Below are positions 61,471 through 64,000 of a stretch of DNA of 64,000 nt, piece after piece. Below the pieces are notes generated by a model. It was not told the origin of the DNA. It did not search any database and saw only the letters and a list, made by a program, of their open reading frames with translations. Both the position numbers and the translations under genes were made by a program. Numbering within the stretch: the first letter of the stretch is position 1; each line of letters starts with the position of its first letter. Source of the stretch: an uncultured delta proteobacterium (GTDB lineage: Bacteria; Desulfobacterota; WTBG01; CAIYCZ01; CAIRTM01); NCBI GenBank assembly GCA_963804955.1, contig CAWDSQ010000010.1:8570-72569 (forward strand), in the 5' to 3' direction.

Positions 61471-61736
61471 TCAGAAAAATGACAGTATACTATTATCATG
61501 CCACAGGGGCAGATCTAGCGTGTCTCCCCGAAGTCAATAAGAATAATCGCTAACCTTAAAATTGATTAATAATTTAGATATATTAATTGATTTTTGTAGG
61601 TTTGGTTAAGCCCGAAAGAAACCTTAGGGTTCCTTACCTCAACTCAAACTGCGCAAAAACAAATGCGTATGAAGAAGTAGTGGCAAAAGGGCGAACTTCA
61701 ACAAAATAGAGCATTTTTTTAACAGTTTAGCCTCTT

Positions 61737-61852
61737 TGTCATTTCGAATCCCGCAGCAGGCGGGATGAGAAATCTGAACAGCTTGATTTTACTTACTACA
61801 AAGATCTCTCCCTGAGCCTGTCATGAGCGAAGTCGAAGGGGTCGAGATGACA
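61737..61852. repeat. Internal part of the family C element without TIRs
   Basis: TGTCATTTCGAATCC...GAGAAATCT...TTGATTTTACTTACTACAAAGATCTCTCCC...GGTCGAGATGACA. Confidence 0.7.
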
Positions 61853-62033
61853 GAATAGATAAACATCTATAGTAAAAAGAAAAAGCTCTGGGTTGGTTTT
61901 TTTGTTTCTCTTTCCCACCAGTCCTGTGAATGCAAAAAGATTTTTGTAAATTACAGGATAAAAAATTTTGCATTTTCAGTTATTATTTCTTGCCACTTTA
62001 TTAAATACGGGCCATAAGTATATATATAGTGCT

Positions 62034-62115
62034 AACCGAAAAGAGCAATCTACCCTTTAAAGGTAGAGCGCAAAGTCTCCGGTCCAGAAGGTTTGGAATA
62101 GCGGGGTTGCCGGTT
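62034..62115 (+). ncRNA. GEMM-I cyclic dinucleotide riboswitch aptamer (A20 variant)
   Basis: P1 AACCG/CGGTT; GCAA..P2..GCAAAG; P3 CTCCGGTCC...ATAGCGGGGTTGCC. This follows the c-di-GMP-I consensus. Confidence 0.8.
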
Positions 62116-62136
62116 TGGAAGTTGCTGGGTCATGGC

Positions 62137-62170
62137 AGGCCTGTCCTTATCTCAAGGACAGGCCTTTTTT
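62137..62170 (+). terminator. Riboswitch-associated terminator
   Basis: AGGCCTGTCCTT-ATCTC-AAGGACAGGCCT-TTTTT, 22 nt after the aptamer. Confidence 0.85.
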
Positions 62171-62355
62171 ATTTTGAAGACCCGATACATCCGCGGCAAC
62201 TGAGCTCTGCCAATGACGGCAACCGGGGGATCCTTTAATGATGTGTCGTTGACTGAATTTACAATTTTTTTTGAAATGTATTGAAAAGAGTTGTCATTGC
62301 GGGGCCGAAGGCCGTGGCAATCTCTACCAGCAGTGTCGCAAGCCCCTTCGCCACT

Positions 62356-62520
62356 GAGACTGTGTCGCAATTGATTTATTAATGTCATTTCGAATCCGCC
62401 GCAGGCGGTGAGAAATCTTAAGCCCTTGATTTTACTTACTACAAAGATCTCTCCCGGAGCCTGCCCTGAGCGAAGCCGAAGGGGTCGAGATGACAGCAAA
62501 GTTAATTACAACACAGCCTC
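62356..62520. mobile_element. MITE, family C, copy 2 (165 bp, with a nested insert)
   Basis: TIRs GAGACTGTGTCGCAATT / AATTACAACACAGCCTC. The interior matches copy 1 except for a 27-nt replacement of TTC. Confidence 0.85.
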
Positions 62521-62599
62521 CCTGCAGGGGCGAAGGCGGGATGAGGGGTAGCATGTATGATGAGAATAAATGGCCGCAAATAAAAGAAGGAGGGGTTCT

Positions 62600-64000
62600 A
62601 TGCATTTCAGAAAATCGTTATTAATCCTGTCTGTGATTGGTTGTGTGTTTTTGTGCTCATCCGCCTTTGCCGAACAATCGGGGGATTTCACCTACACGGT
62701 CGCTAACAGCCAGGTCACCATCACCGGCTATACCGGCGCGGGAGGAGCAGTCGTTATACCCGATACCATAGAAGGGCTTCCGGTAGTAAACATTGGCAAT
62801 TCTGCATTTTACAGTAAAACAAGCATGACCGGAATAAACATCCCTTCCAGCGTAACGAGCATTGGGTATCTTTCTTTTTGCTACTGCACCGGCTTGACCA
62901 GTTTGGCCATTCCTTCCAGCGTTACAAGCATCGGGGATAGCGCGTTTGCTTTTTGCGCCGGCTTGACCAGCGTGACTATACCCGATAGCGTTATGAGCAT
63001 TGGGACATATGTTTTTTATAATTGCACCGTTTGACCGGAGTAATCTATTCGGCAGCGTTACGAACATTGGAGAAGGGGCGTTTTACAAGTGCGCCCGTTT
63101 AGCAAGTGCCTATTTTTACGGAAATGCACCGGTGTTGGGCACTCTTGTTTTTTCTAACTGCGCAAGCGGGTTTACCGTTTACTATGTTGCCGAAGCAACG
63201 GGGTTTACCAATCCCTGGTATGGCTATCCTACGGCGTTATTTGATCCTGCGGCCATCACCACCACCACTATTATTACCACGACAACGTCGACCACGATAC
63301 CGACTGCAACTACGATACCGACTACAACCACCACAACCAGCACCATTACAACTTGGGGGGGCTATGAATACCGCGTCTCAGCCAGCGACAATGTAACAAT
63401 CACCAAGTATATCGGAAGTGGTGGAAATGTGGTAATTCCCGACACCATAAACGGCATGCCGGTAGTCGCAATTCAGGAGGGGTATACATATTCTTCGGTG
63501 CCTTTTACCCCCTATCGCCCCGCTACGTACCAGGCCTTTTACGGCTGTGCCGGGCTGACCAGCGTGACCATCCCAGCCGGCATTACGAGCATTGGGGGGT
63601 ATGCATTTGGTAACTGCAGCAGCTTGGCCAGTATTGTTGTTGATCCGGGTAATCCCGCCTACAGCAGCCATGATGGCGTTCTGTACAACAAGGCCATGAC
63701 GACGCTTTTGCAATATCCCGGAGGGAGGTCAGGCGCTTTCAGAGTTCCTGACGGTGTTACTGGCATTGCGGAAGGTGCTTGTATGGGCTGTGCCGGCTTG
63801 ACCAGCGTTACTTTGCCCAGCAGTGTCTCAACACTCGTTGCTTATTCTGTCCTGAATTTCCGATACCAGCTATTAGCTGAACATTATGGTTCATTTCAAA
63901 ACTGCCTTAATCTGACCGCTGTATATTTTGAAGGAAATGCTCCCGCAATTGAACATTATCACGGTAGCTCGTGCGGGATGGACTTCACGTATATGTGGCT
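62600..64000 (+). CDS. BspA-like leucine-rich-repeat surface protein with a Thr-rich linker (frameshifts; runs off the window)
   Basis: AGGAGG RBS, signal peptide, VTITGYTGAGGAVVIPDTI, LTSVTIPxSVTSIGxxAF repeats, poly-Thr at about 63255-63352, then a second LRR block. Confidence 0.88.

Overview
GC-rich bacterial window, most likely an anaerobic Desulfobacterota/deltaproteobacterium (inferred from gene content). It has many single-base indels that split even housekeeping genes, probably uncorrected long-read error. The left half (1-31 kb) is a phosphate-starvation island. It holds a large unknown protein with glutamate-cysteine-ligase-like motifs coupled to a phosphatidylserine-decarboxylase-like gene, a lipase-like hydrolase and a TonB2-type (ttpB-ttpC-exbB-exbD-tonB-ttpD) cluster with a TonB-dependent receptor. 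It also holds two tandem secreted paralogs with swapped C-terminal modules, a PhoB-like regulator, a porin and two divergent pstSCAB/phoU operons. Seven promoters in the island share TTAAC-like repeats at an 11-bp period, each with a -10 hexamer starting exactly 15 nt after the start of the last repeat. One appears to drive an unannotated ~72-nt sRNA with an anti-Shine-Dalgarno linker. The second Pst operon has a PstB pair with complementary degenerate motifs. The right half is mostly housekeeping: tRNA-Gln, gatCA, amidase, etfBA-acyl-CoA dehydrogenase, tgt, rpe and a Re-citrate synthase/isocitrate dehydrogenase/GntR operon. It also has a secreted protein built only of 52-aa Cys/Asp-rich repeats, nested MITE/REP repeats and a GEMM-I riboswitch of the A20 (c-AMP-GMP type) variant upstream of a BspA-like LRR surface protein. 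No database searches were run; all family calls are from motif recognition.
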